Shown: positions 36,875 to 46,240 of the stretch, piece after piece
How the letters are laid out: each line of letters opens with the position of its first letter
Position numbering within the stretch: the first letter of the stretch is position 1
DNA from: Betaproteobacteria bacterium
GTDB taxonomy: Bacteria > Pseudomonadota > Gammaproteobacteria > Burkholderiales > Burkholderiaceae_C
Length of the DNA stretch: 56,121 nucleotides
Reading direction: 5' to 3'
NCBI GenBank assembly: GCA_024641925.1
Contig: JAHECB010000001.1
Coordinates: 1 to 56,121 of the forward strand
Translations under genes and position numbers: made by a program
The notes under the pieces: model-generated
Told to the model about the DNA's origin: nothing
What the model saw: only the letters and a program-made list of their open reading frames with translations
The model's database searches: none

Positions 36875-38929
36875 ATGAATGCACCCGCCGTTTCGCTGAA
36901 CAACGCCCAGATGCAGGCCGTGCATCACCTGGAAGGGCCCTGTCTGGTGCTGGCCGGCGCGGGTTCGGGCAAGACGCGTGTCATCGTGCACAAGATTGCG
37001 CGGCTGCTGCAGCACGGCCTGGCGCCCAAGCAGATTGCGGCCATCACCTTCACCAACAAGGCCGCGGCCGAAATGCGCGACCGCGCCAAGGCGCTGGTGG
37101 GGCCCCGCGCCGCCAAGGACTTGGCCGTCAGCACCTTCCACAGCCTGGGCGTGCGCATGCTGCGCACCGACGGCACCCGCGTCGGCCTGAAGGCAAACTT
37201 CAGCATCCTGGACAGCGACGACGTGCTGAACGTGCTGAAAGAAGCCGGCGGCTGCAGTGACAACGCGCTGGCGCGGCGCTGGCAATGGACCATCAGCCTG
37301 TGGAAAAACCAGGGCCTGGACGCCGACGGCGCTGAAGCGGCCGCCACCACCGACGACGAGCGGGTGGCCGCGCGCGTGATGCGCCTTTTCCAGGAACGCC
37401 TGCAGGCCTACCAGGCGGTGGATTTCGACGATTTGATCAAGCTGCCGCTGGTGCTGATGCAGCGCGACGAAGAAGCCCGCGCACGCTGGCAGCAGCAGTT
37501 CCAGCATGTGCTGGTGGACGAGTACCAGGACACCAACACCGTGCAGTACGAACTGCTCAAGGCGCTGGTGGGCGAGCGTGCGCACTTCACCGCTGTGGGC
37601 GACGACGACCAGAGCATCTACGGCTGGCGCGGCGCCACCATCGACAACCTGAAGCGCCTGCCGCTGGAATTCCCGCAGCTGACCGTGATTCCGCTGGAGC
37701 AGAACTACCGCAGCACCGGCCACATCCTGCAGGCCGCCAACGCGGTGATTGCCGGCAACCCGAAGATCTTCGAGAAAAAATTGTGGAGCGAATTCGGCGA
37801 CGGTGAACCCGTCCGCGTCATCGAATGCGACGGTGAAGAACACGAAGCCGAACGTGCTGTGGCCCGCATCCAGAGCCTGCGCAATGGCAGCACGGGTGAA
37901 GGCGGCGCCTTCAAGTTCAGCGACTTTGCCATCCTGTACCGCGCCAACCACCAGGCGCGGGTGTTTGAACAGAAGCTGCGAGGTGCGCAGATTCCCTACA
38001 AGGTGTCGGGCGGCCAGAGTTACTTCGACCGCGCCGAAATCAAGGATCTGTGCGCCTGGCTGCGATTGCTGGTCAACCCCGACGACGACCCCGCGTTCCT
38101 GCGCGCCTGCACCACGCCCAAGCGCGGCATCGGCCACCAAACGCTGGCCAGCCTGGGTGAATTTGCCAGCCGCTGGAAAGTCAGCCTGTTTGAAGCCTTG
38201 TTTGCGCCCAGCCTGACGGCCACGCTCAAGAACCGCGCGGTGGAATCGCTGCAGGAGTTTGGCCGCGAGGTCAACGAGCTGCAACACCGCGCCGGCCGCA
38301 CCAGCGGCGGTGAAGACGCCAAGGCCTTGCTGCTGGGCTGGCTGAAAGGCATCCAGTACGAGCAGCACCTGTACGACAGCGAAGACAGCGAAAAACTGGC
38401 CGCTGCACGCTGGACCAATGTTCTGGACTTTGTGGACTGGATCGCGCGCCGCTGCGGTGGCGAAATCACCCAGGAAGGCGGCACCGTCGAAACCGAGCGC
38501 CAGACCGTGCTGCAGGTGGCGCAGACCATCAGCATCATCCTGAGCCTGGCCGACCGGCAGGAAGACCAGGACGTGGTGACGCTGTCCACCTTGCATGCCG
38601 CCAAGGGCCTGGAATGGCCGCATGTGGTGCTGGCCGGCGTCAACGAAGGACTGCTGCCTTTTCGCAGTGGCGACGACGACATGACGGTCGAGCGACTGGA
38701 AGAAGAACGCCGCCTGATGTACGTGGGCATCACGCGTGCACGCACCACGCTGGCCGTCAGCACCCTGCGCCGCCGCAAGAAGGGCCGCGACACCATCGTG
38801 GGTGTGCCCAGCCGCTTCATTGCCGAGATGAAACTCGACGAGGTCAAGGCCAAGGAAGACCCGCGCGAGCGGCTGAAAAAGCTGCGCGCCGAGTTGGCTG
38901 CCCGCAGCGGCAGCGTGCCGGCCACTTGA
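36875..38929 (+). CDS. rep: Rep-like SF1A DNA helicase
   Basis: AGAGSGKT, TFTNKAA.EM, DEYQDTN, VGDDDQSIY.WRG, QNYRS, TLHAAKGLEW, EERRL.YVGITRA; about 680 aa, no UvrD-type tail. Confidence 0.88.
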   Translation: MNAPAVSLNNAQMQAVHHLEGPCLVLAGAGSGKTRVIVHKIARLLQHGLAPKQIAAITFTNKAAAEMRDRAKALVGPRAAKDLAVSTFHSLGVRMLRTDGTRVGLKANFSILDSDDVLNVLKEAGGCSDNALARRWQWTISLWKNQGLDADGAEAAATTDDERVAARVMRLFQERLQAYQAVDFDDLIKLPLVLMQRDEEARARWQQQFQHVLVDEYQDTNTVQYELLKALVGERAHFTAVGDDDQSIYGWRGATIDNLKRLPLEFPQLTVIPLEQNYRSTGHILQAANAVIAGNPKIFEKKLWSEFGDGEPVRVIECDGEEHEAERAVARIQSLRNGSTGEGGAFKFSDFAILYRANHQARVFEQKLRGAQIPYKVSGGQSYFDRAEIKDLCAWLRLLVNPDDDPAFLRACTTPKRGIGHQTLASLGEFASRWKVSLFEALFAPSLTATLKNRAVESLQEFGREVNELQHRAGRTSGGEDAKALLLGWLKGIQYEQHLYDSEDSEKLAAARWTNVLDFVDWIARRCGGEITQEGGTVETERQTVLQVAQTISIILSLADRQEDQDVVTLSTLHAAKGLEWPHVVLAGVNEGLLPFRSGDDDMTVERLEEERRLMYVGITRARTTLAVSTLRRRKKGRDTIVGVPSRFIAEMKLDEVKAKEDPRERLKKLRAELAARSGSVPAT

Positions 38930-38981
38930 ACCGGCGCCGTGCCGGGCGGCACCCGATACCGCACTGCCGCCAGCGCGTTGG

Positions 38982-39881
38982 CTACATGCCCTTGAACAGA
39001 CCCGTGTAACTGCGGCTCACTTCCAGCTGTTCGCGATGGCCGCGAACGCTGACAATCTGGCGGCCCCGGAAGTCCCGCGTCACGCCGGCAATGCTTTTCA
39101 CATTCACCAGCGTGCTGCGGTGAATCTGCCAGAACTGGTGCGGATCCAGCTCGTCCACCAACTCCTTGATGGGTTTGCGGATCAGGGCCTCGACCTTGGC
39201 CGTCTGCACGCGGGTGTACTTTTCGTCGCTGATGAAAAACAGCACATCGTCGACCGGAATCATCTGGATGGCCTGGCCCACGGTGGCTTGAATCCACTGC
39301 AGCCGCTGCGGGGCACCGTCAGGATTCAGGCGCGTGGCCAACTGGTGCAGCAGTTTTTGCATCTGCGGGCCGTTGGGTCCTTCCTGGGCCGCCTGCCCGT
39401 CGGTGCCCGTGCCTGCAGTGTCACCATGCCGGGCCGCCAGCCGCTTCTTGATGCGCTGCACGGTCAGCTCCAGCCGCTCTCGCTCGGCCGGCTTCAGCAC
39501 GTAGTCCACCACGCCTTGCTCGAAGGCCTCCACCGCGTACTGGTCGTAGGCGGTGATGAACACCACTTCGGGCAGCCATTCGTCGTCGTCGTCGGTGTTG
39601 TCACTGCCCGCATCGTCCTCCGCCGGACCGGCCTTGCGAGGTGCCAGTTGCGCGATCTGTCGTGCCGCTTCGACGCCCGTCAAGCCAGGCATGCGGATGT
39701 CCAGGAACACGACGTCGGGCCGGTGCTCGTCAACCAGCGCCACGGCCTCGATGCCGTTCTTGGCCTCAGCCACGATCTGCAGTTCGGGCCAGACCTCCAG
39801 CAAGCGGGCACGCAACTGGTCGCGCATCAAGCGCTCGTCATCGGCAAGCACCGCACGCGCGGCATTCGGGCTGGGGGTCAT
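38982..39881 (-). CDS. LytTR family response regulator
   Basis: ADDE, FLDIRMPG, TAYDQYA, DYVLKP; C-terminal FWQIHRSTLVN...VSRSY. Confidence 0.95.
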   Translation of the reverse strand: MTPSPNAARAVLADDERLMRDQLRARLLEVWPELQIVAEAKNGIEAVALVDEHRPDVVFLDIRMPGLTGVEAARQIAQLAPRKAGPAEDDAGSDNTDDDDEWLPEVVFITAYDQYAVEAFEQGVVDYVLKPAERERLELTVQRIKKRLAARHGDTAGTGTDGQAAQEGPNGPQMQKLLHQLATRLNPDGAPQRLQWIQATVGQAIQMIPVDDVLFFISDEKYTRVQTAKVEALIRKPIKELVDELDPHQFWQIHRSTLVNVKSIAGVTRDFRGRQIVSVRGHREQLEVSRSYTGLFKGM

Positions 39882-39946
39882 GGCAGGCCTTGGAAAGGGT
39901 TGGCGTTGATCGTGGCGGCAAGCTTAAGCCTTGCGGATGGGTCGCC

Positions 39947-40477
39947 TCAGGTTGAAGCCGCCGCGCGGGGTGCGGGGCGCACCACGCGCCACAGCAGCCA
40001 GACCAATAGCCCCAGGGGCGCCAACACCACCGCCAGGGCCGTGGCGGCAGCCAGTCCTGCCAACAACAGGGCCAGCGCAACGCCGCCCAGCACCAACATC
40101 ACCAGCAGGGGCACCACGCTCACCAGGCACAACACCAGCACGGCCAGCGCTGCGGTCAGGGCCAGCACGGCCCAGATCGCGCCGACCGAGGCTTCGGTCA
40201 CCACCTCATGCAGCGGCCAGTGCCATTGCTGTGGGCCCAGGGCCGACCAGACCTCGTTCAGTTCCTGCGACCAGGCGCCCCACACATCGTTGTTGTCAAT
40301 GGTCAGGACCCAGCCCTCACCCGACTGCTGCAACAGCGACACCAGCGACCAGGCGAGCGCGGTAGTGCTCAGCAGCACCAGACCCACCACGGCCAGCAGC
40401 ACCCAGGGCCACCATCGGCGACGGGCCGGTTGGGGGCGGCTGGATTGACTGCGGTTGAGGTTCAAGGTCTTTTGCAT
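39947..40477 (-). CDS. Membrane protein between kinase and regulator
   Basis: Strongly hydrophobic; start directly abuts the kinase stop; AGGAG RBS. Confidence 0.75.
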   Translation of the reverse strand: MQKTLNLNRSQSSRPQPARRRWWPWVLLAVVGLVLLSTTALAWSLVSLLQQSGEGWVLTIDNNDVWGAWSQELNEVWSALGPQQWHWPLHEVVTEASVGAIWAVLALTAALAVLVLCLVSVVPLLVMLVLGGVALALLLAGLAAATALAVVLAPLGLLVWLLWRVVRPAPRAAAST

Positions 40478-41911
40478 TCAACTCACTCCTGCGACGCCGG
40501 CCACGGTCTTGTAGGGCACCGTCACGCTCACCACGGTGCCCGTGGGCTGGTTGGCCGCCACGGTCAATGACGCCTTGGGGCCGTACAGCAGCTGCAGGCG
40601 CTCGCGGATGTTGGCCAGGCCGACGCCGGTGCCCGCCGTGGGCGCCTTGCCAAAGCCCAGACCGGTATCGGACACGGTGACCTGCAACTTGCCATGCACG
40701 ATCTCCGCCGCCACCCGCAACTGGCCCCCTTCGGCCTTGGGTTCAAGACCGTGTTTGATGGCGTTTTCCACCAAGGTCTGGATCATCATGGCCGGGAATT
40801 CGGCCGACATCAAGCCTTCAGGCACGTCGATCCGGGTCTCCAGCCTTTCTTCCATGCGCACCTTCAGGATTTCAAGGTAAGGCTTGATGACCGCAATCTC
40901 GCGCGCCAGTTCACGCGGGCCGCTGGTGCCCTCGTTGCTGGTTTCGCGCATGGTGGGCATGCTGGCGCGCAGCAGCGCGATCAGATTTTTCTGCATCTGG
41001 CTGGCGCGCGGTGGGTCGGTCTGGATCAGGTGGTCGATGCTGGCCAGGGTGTTGAACAGGAAGTGCGGCTCCACCTGCGCCTGCATGGCGGCCATTCGCG
41101 CCTCCACCACCTGGCGGCGCAGCGATTCGGCCTCAGCCGTTTCGGTGGCCTGGGCGGCCTTCACCTCGGCCTGCATGCGGCCCTTGTAGGTAATCTTGAT
41201 GACAGCCGATGCCAGCACAAAAAACACCGTCAGCTGCATCAGGAAGTCGCCAATGCCCACCCGCGTGACCCGCGTCGAATGCTGCGGCCGCCCGATTTCC
41301 TTCAGCGCCGCCTTGGCGTCGTCGCGCGCCTGCTCGGCATCACGCAGGGCCTGCTCGGCGTCACGTCGGGCTTCTTGCACGGCCTGCTCGAATTCCTGCT
41401 TGGCTTCTTCCAGCGCCTGGCGTACCTCGCCAGCCGTGGAGTCATCGATCACCAGCTTGTCGCCCGGCAGGCTGCCGGCGGCGGAAGCGGCGCCCTCGGC
41501 CGCGGCCGGCGGCTTGGTGCGGATGCTCACACCATCCTTGTTGATGGAGATCTCCACGCCGCCCTTGCCCGACTTGGCGCCCGGCGTCTGTACACGCACA
41601 TCGGGCACCTTGGGTTCCTGGATGACCCTGGGTGGCTCGGGTGCCACCGGGGGCGCCGGGGGCATGACCACCACCCGCGGCAAGCCATGGTCGATGCGGT
41701 CAGTCACGGTCCAGGTCAGTGGCGGCACGTCATGCAGAATGCCCATCAACATCAGCAGCAGAAGCGACAGCACGATGAAGCGACGCCAGCTGATGCTGAC
41801 CAGCCAGCCCGCGTAGGCATGAAAGACCCGCAAGGCGGCACGCGAAAAACGCTGCCAGCGCCGGGCCCAAAGGGGTGCGCTGAACAAAGGCGTGGGTTGT
41901 GGGGTGCTCAT
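40478..41911 (-). CDS. LytS/YehU-type sensor histidine kinase
   Basis: QAQVEPHFLFNTL H-box, QTLVENAIKHG, DTGLG, GVGL.N..ERL; 2 TM flanking a Pro-rich/coiled-coil region. Confidence 0.94.
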   Translation of the reverse strand: MSTPQPTPLFSAPLWARRWQRFSRAALRVFHAYAGWLVSISWRRFIVLSLLLLMLMGILHDVPPLTWTVTDRIDHGLPRVVVMPPAPPVAPEPPRVIQEPKVPDVRVQTPGAKSGKGGVEISINKDGVSIRTKPPAAAEGAASAAGSLPGDKLVIDDSTAGEVRQALEEAKQEFEQAVQEARRDAEQALRDAEQARDDAKAALKEIGRPQHSTRVTRVGIGDFLMQLTVFFVLASAVIKITYKGRMQAEVKAAQATETAEAESLRRQVVEARMAAMQAQVEPHFLFNTLASIDHLIQTDPPRASQMQKNLIALLRASMPTMRETSNEGTSGPRELAREIAVIKPYLEILKVRMEERLETRIDVPEGLMSAEFPAMMIQTLVENAIKHGLEPKAEGGQLRVAAEIVHGKLQVTVSDTGLGFGKAPTAGTGVGLANIRERLQLLYGPKASLTVAANQPTGTVVSVTVPYKTVAGVAGVS

Positions 41912-42089
41912 ACAACGGGGCTTTCAACATCTTCGGCAGGGGTAGCAAGAGGCTGAATCAGCTGCCATGGCGGCAACTGTACGCACCCGCCGGACGGCAG
42001 TCAGCGCAACGCGACGACAGGCGCCCTGCGGGCGACAGACTGCACCAGCAAGAGACAGGCCGGCCCTGAAATGCCCGTTTCAGGCGACA

Positions 42090-43019
42090 TCAGGCCGCAA
42101 CGGGCGTCTCGGCGCGCTGCGCAAACAGGTCCACACGCGCAGCCTGGGTGATGGCCGCCACACAGGGGTGCTTGATGCGCCGCTCTACCGAAATCGCGTA
42201 GAAATCCTCGACCATTTCACTGCTTTGCCCCAGCAGTTCAACACCGTACTGCGATTGGGTCTCGGCATCGACCACGCTGGGCGCCATGAAAACCCCCGTT
42301 CCCTCGCGGCCAAAGGCCTTCATCAAGGCACCGTCGTCGAATTCACCCACCACGCGCGGGTGCAGCTGGTGGCGTGTCAACCAGGCTTCGAATTGCGACC
42401 TTGTGGTGGCGGTGGCGCCCGGGATCAGCATGGGCGCACCGTTCAGGCACTGGGGAAAGTCGCCCACCAGTTGCCCGCGCAAGGACGGTGCACAGAAAAA
42501 ACTCATGGGCGAGCTGCCCAGCGCGTGGTTGAAACCCTGCACGCTCAGCCGCCGGGTCAGCGGCTCATCGGCAATCACCAGGTCCACCCGGTGCAAAGCC
42601 AGTTGAGCCATCAGGTCGGGAAACCGCCCTTCGATGCAGATCAGGCGCACCGGCTCGTCAAGATGCAGGGCCGGCTCCAGCAGCCGGTAAGCCACCGATT
42701 TGGCCACAGCGTCTTCAAGCCCGACGCGGAATTCCAGCACCTCGGCGCGCGCCGCGCCGCTGCGTTGCTGCCGCAAGTCGGCCTCCAGGGCATGGCCCAG
42801 GCTGAAGATGTCATCGGCATAACGCAGTGCCAGCCGACCGTCGTCTGTCAACTCAAGTTGGCGCCCACTCTTTCGAAAAAGCTTGCGCCCCAAACGTTGT
42901 TCCAGAAGTTTGATCTGGCCGGACAGGGTTTGCGGGCTGATGTGCAACTGCTCGCCCGCTTTCACCACGCCACCGGCCTTGGCCGCCATCCAGAAGTAAT
43001 GAAGATGTTTGAAGTTCAT
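42090..43019 (-). CDS. nhaR: NhaR-like LysR transcriptional activator
   Basis: MNFKHLHYFW..AK.G, PQTLSGQIKLLE, VAKSVAYRLL, GEFDDGALMKAFG, YAISVERRIKHP. Confidence 0.85.
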   Translation of the reverse strand: MNFKHLHYFWMAAKAGGVVKAGEQLHISPQTLSGQIKLLEQRLGRKLFRKSGRQLELTDDGRLALRYADDIFSLGHALEADLRQQRSGAARAEVLEFRVGLEDAVAKSVAYRLLEPALHLDEPVRLICIEGRFPDLMAQLALHRVDLVIADEPLTRRLSVQGFNHALGSSPMSFFCAPSLRGQLVGDFPQCLNGAPMLIPGATATTRSQFEAWLTRHQLHPRVVGEFDDGALMKAFGREGTGVFMAPSVVDAETQSQYGVELLGQSSEMVEDFYAISVERRIKHPCVAAITQAARVDLFAQRAETPVAA

Positions 43020-43181
43020 GCCTTGAGCCTCCAGGTACAGGGCCAGCAAATAGACCGATGCGTTTTTTGCGAACTGAATTTCTATAAATATCGCATATTC
43101 TTTACGATCTAAAAGCCCTACATTGCATCCTCTTAATCCTGCCCCATCTAACAAGCAGGCGTTTTTTCAAAGGAGAAATCG

Positions 43182-43691
43182 ATGCGCGTCAGTACCAAGA
43201 GCCGTTTTGCCGTCAACGCCATGATCGACCTCGCCCTGCGCCAGTCGGCCGGGCCGGTGGCCCTGGCGTCCATCAGCCAGCGCCAGAAGATTTCGCTGTC
43301 CTACCTGGAGCAGTTGTTCAGCCACATGCGCCGCGTCGGCCTGGTCGAAAGCACCCGGGGCCCTGGTGGCGGTTACACCCTGGGCCGCGACGTGGCCGAC
43401 ATCACCGTGGCCGACATCGTGATGGCCGTGGACGAGCCCATGGAAGACCAGCGCGAAGACGAGCGCAGCATGGGCATGTCACGCAGCCTGTGGCAAGGCC
43501 TGCACGCCACCATGCTGGACCAGATGGCCGGCATCAGCCTGCAATCACTGGTGCGGGAGCAGCAGGACGCAGGCGTGCAGGTGGAAACCACGCCCCGCCG
43601 GCGACCGCTGATGTCGCCACCGCCTCCCAAGGCCGTACGCAGCCTGGCGCCGAACTCGGTTTTTGCATTCGGGCGCTCGTTCGCGGCCTGA
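43182..43691 (+). CDS. Rrf2 family regulator, IscR-like, lacking all cysteines
   Basis: K.RFAV.AMIDLA, ISQRQ.ISLSYLEQLF, VESTRGPGGGY.L, AVDE; AAGGAG RBS. Confidence 0.9.
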   Translation: MRVSTKSRFAVNAMIDLALRQSAGPVALASISQRQKISLSYLEQLFSHMRRVGLVESTRGPGGGYTLGRDVADITVADIVMAVDEPMEDQREDERSMGMSRSLWQGLHATMLDQMAGISLQSLVREQQDAGVQVETTPRRRPLMSPPPPKAVRSLAPNSVFAFGRSFAA

Positions 43692-43717
43692 GCGCCTGTG
43701 GCCCGGTTCATCAGGCG

Positions 43718-43735
43718 CCATCAGGCGTCTGATGG
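43718..43735. terminator. Hairpin between convergent genes
   Basis: CCATCAG-GCGT-CTGATGG inverted repeat, no clear U-tract. Confidence 0.35.
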
Positions 43736-43786
43736 ATTGGATGGTCCGCAACCAGCCCAGCAGGTTGCCCCTGCCAGACGCCGGCC

Positions 43787-45244
43787 TCAGTCGTGCTTGA
43801 TGGCCACGGTTTTCAGCGTCGAAAACCCGTACAGCGCCTCAAAGCCCTTTTCGCGACCGTGGCCGGAGTGCTTGACGCCCCCAAAGGGCAGTTCGATACC
43901 GCCGCCGGCACCGTAGTTGTTGATGAAGACCTGCCCGCAGTGCAGCTTGCGGGCCAGCCGCAGCGCGCGGCTGCCGTCGCGGGTCCAGACACCCGCCACC
44001 AGGCCAAAAGCCGTGCCGTTGGCCATGGCCAGGGCCTGCGCTTCGTCGTCAAACGGGATCAGCACCTGCACGGGGCCGAAGATTTCTTCTTGCGCCAGGC
44101 GGTGCTGCGCATCGACGCCCGCCACCAGCGTGGGGGCTACATAACAGCCGCCTTGCGGCAGGTCTGCCGGCAAGGGGGCCTGCGCCGCCATCATGGCGCC
44201 TCCGCTGTGCGCCAGATCCAGGTAACCCTGCACCAAGGCCTGCTGGCGCGCGCTGATCAGCGGCCCCACATCCAGGTCGTGCAGCGCCGGCCCCACGCGC
44301 AGCGCACGGTAACGCTGCACCATGCGCTGCAGCACGCCTTCAAACACCGGGCGTTGCACCAGGATGCGTGACGCCGCCGAGCAGGTCTGCCCGGCGTTCT
44401 GGATACCGGCATTGACCAGGAACGGCAGGGCCGTGTCCAGGTCGGCGTCGGCAAACACCAGTTGCGGGCTCTTGCCGCCCAGCTCCAGCGTCACCGGCAC
44501 GGCATTGCGCGCCGCTGCCGTCTGGATCAACGCGCCCACCGCCACCGAACCCGTGAACGACACATGCTGCACACCCGCGTGACCGGCCAGCGCCGCGCCA
44601 GCTTCTTCGCCCAGCCCGGTGACCAGGTTCAGCGCACCGGCGGGCAGGCCAGCCTGCTGAGCGATGCGCGCAAAGGCCAGCGCAGTCAGGCAGGCTTCTT
44701 CGGCGGGTTTCAGCACACAGGCATTGCCCATCGCCAAGGCCGCGCCCACGCTGCGGCCAATGATCTGCATCGGGTAGTTCCAGGGCACGATGTGCGCCGT
44801 CACACCATGCGGCTCCCGCAACGTCAGCGCGGTGTAGCCGTTGATGAACGGGATGGTCTCGCCCATCACCTTGTCCGCGGCACCGCCGTAGAACTCCAGG
44901 TAACGCGCCAGCGCCACGGCGTCGGCGCGCGCCTGCTTCAGCGGCTTGCCCACGTCCAGTGCTTCCAGGCGCGCCAGTTCATCGGCCTGCTCCAGCACCA
45001 GGGCGGACATCTTCAGCAGCACGCGGCCGCGCTCGGTGGCCGTCAGCTGGCCCCAGGCACCTTGCAGCGCGTCTTGTGCCGCTGCCACCGCAACGTCCAC
45101 GTCGGCCGCCGTGCCGCGGGCAATCTGTGCCAGTGCGCTGCCGTCAGACGGGTTGACCAAGGGCAGCAACTGCCCGCTGTCGCAGGCCCGCCATGACCCG
45201 CCCACCAGAATCAGGCGCGTGTCGAAGCCGATCGATCCGTCCAT
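43787..45244 (-). CDS. Aldehyde dehydrogenase
   Basis: PWNYP, KPAE, FTGS, LELGGKSP, NAGQTC, EEIFGPV, PFGG.K.SG.GRE. Confidence 0.95.
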   Translation of the reverse strand: MDGSIGFDTRLILVGGSWRACDSGQLLPLVNPSDGSALAQIARGTAADVDVAVAAAQDALQGAWGQLTATERGRVLLKMSALVLEQADELARLEALDVGKPLKQARADAVALARYLEFYGGAADKVMGETIPFINGYTALTLREPHGVTAHIVPWNYPMQIIGRSVGAALAMGNACVLKPAEEACLTALAFARIAQQAGLPAGALNLVTGLGEEAGAALAGHAGVQHVSFTGSVAVGALIQTAAARNAVPVTLELGGKSPQLVFADADLDTALPFLVNAGIQNAGQTCSAASRILVQRPVFEGVLQRMVQRYRALRVGPALHDLDVGPLISARQQALVQGYLDLAHSGGAMMAAQAPLPADLPQGGCYVAPTLVAGVDAQHRLAQEEIFGPVQVLIPFDDEAQALAMANGTAFGLVAGVWTRDGSRALRLARKLHCGQVFINNYGAGGGIELPFGGVKHSGHGREKGFEALYGFSTLKTVAIKHD

Positions 45245-45283
45245 GTGCAAACACCCCCGATGCTTGCGGCATCATAGCCAGCG

Positions 45284-46240
45284 ATGGCGCCCTTTCTGCT
45301 CAAACGTGTGCTGGCCTTGCTGCTGACATTGCTGGTCGCGTCGGCGCTGGTATTTGCCGTGCTCGAACTGCTGCCGGGCAACGCCGCCGAGCTGATGCTG
45401 GGCGACTCGGCCACGCCCGAATCGCTGGCCGCGCTGCAAGCCAAGCTGGGTCTGGACCAACCGGCCTGGCAGCGTTATGGCCGCTGGGTGGGGGGGTTGC
45501 TGCAAGGCGACACGGCCCTGAGCACCAGCTACGACACGCCCACCGCCGAACTCATCACCGAGCGGCTGCAGGTCACCCTGCCGCTGGCCGTGATGGCCAT
45601 GGCGCTGACGGTGGTGCTGGCGCTGGCGCTAGGCCTGTACGCCGCCAGCCGGCACAACCGGCTGGGCGACGTGGGCGTGATGGCCGCCAGCCAGCTCGGC
45701 ATTGCGATGCCCAATTTCTGGTTTGCGATCCTGTTGATCCTGGTGTTTGCCGTTCACCTGCAATGGTTCAGTGCCGGCGGCTTTCCGGGCTGGACGGCTG
45801 ACGACGGCGGCGGCATCCTTGACGGCCTGAAAGCGCTGGTGCTGCCGGCCATATCGCTGGCGCTGGTGCAGGCGGCCATCCTGGCCCGCGTCACACGGTC
45901 AGCGGTACTGGAAGTGCTGCGTGAAGACTTTGTACGCACCGCACGCGCCAAGGGTTTGAGCAAACGCCAGGCGCTGCTGCGCCATGTGTTGCGCAACGCC
46001 ATGATCCCGGTGCTGACGGTGGCCGGCCTGCAGTTTGCGAACCTGATCACAGGCACCATCGTGGTCGAGAATGTGTTTGTGCTGCCCGGCATCGGCCGCC
46101 TGGTGTTCCAGGCCATCAGCAACCGCGACCTGATCGTGGTGCGCGACGTGGTGATGCTGCTGGCCGCCGTGGTGGTGGTGGTGAACTTTGTGGTCGACGT
46201 GCTGTACGCGCTGATCGACCCGCGGCTGCGCCATGGCTGA
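45284..46240 (+). CDS. Dpp/Opp ABC permease (DppB-like)
   Basis: LLPG..A..MLG, PNFW, EDFVRTARAKGL, DVLYALIDPR. Confidence 0.93.
   Translation: MAPFLLKRVLALLLTLLVASALVFAVLELLPGNAAELMLGDSATPESLAALQAKLGLDQPAWQRYGRWVGGLLQGDTALSTSYDTPTAELITERLQVTLPLAVMAMALTVVLALALGLYAASRHNRLGDVGVMAASQLGIAMPNFWFAILLILVFAVHLQWFSAGGFPGWTADDGGGILDGLKALVLPAISLALVQAAILARVTRSAVLEVLREDFVRTARAKGLSKRQALLRHVLRNAMIPVLTVAGLQFANLITGTIVVENVFVLPGIGRLVFQAISNRDLIVVRDVVMLLAAVVVVVNFVVDVLYALIDPRLRHG

Noticed and set aside
36774-36878. 34-aa uORF (MMAFWLRY...) overlapping the rep start by ATGA
   Set aside because: Its ATGs lie within a likely -10 box (TATGAT), there is no RBS and no informative composition
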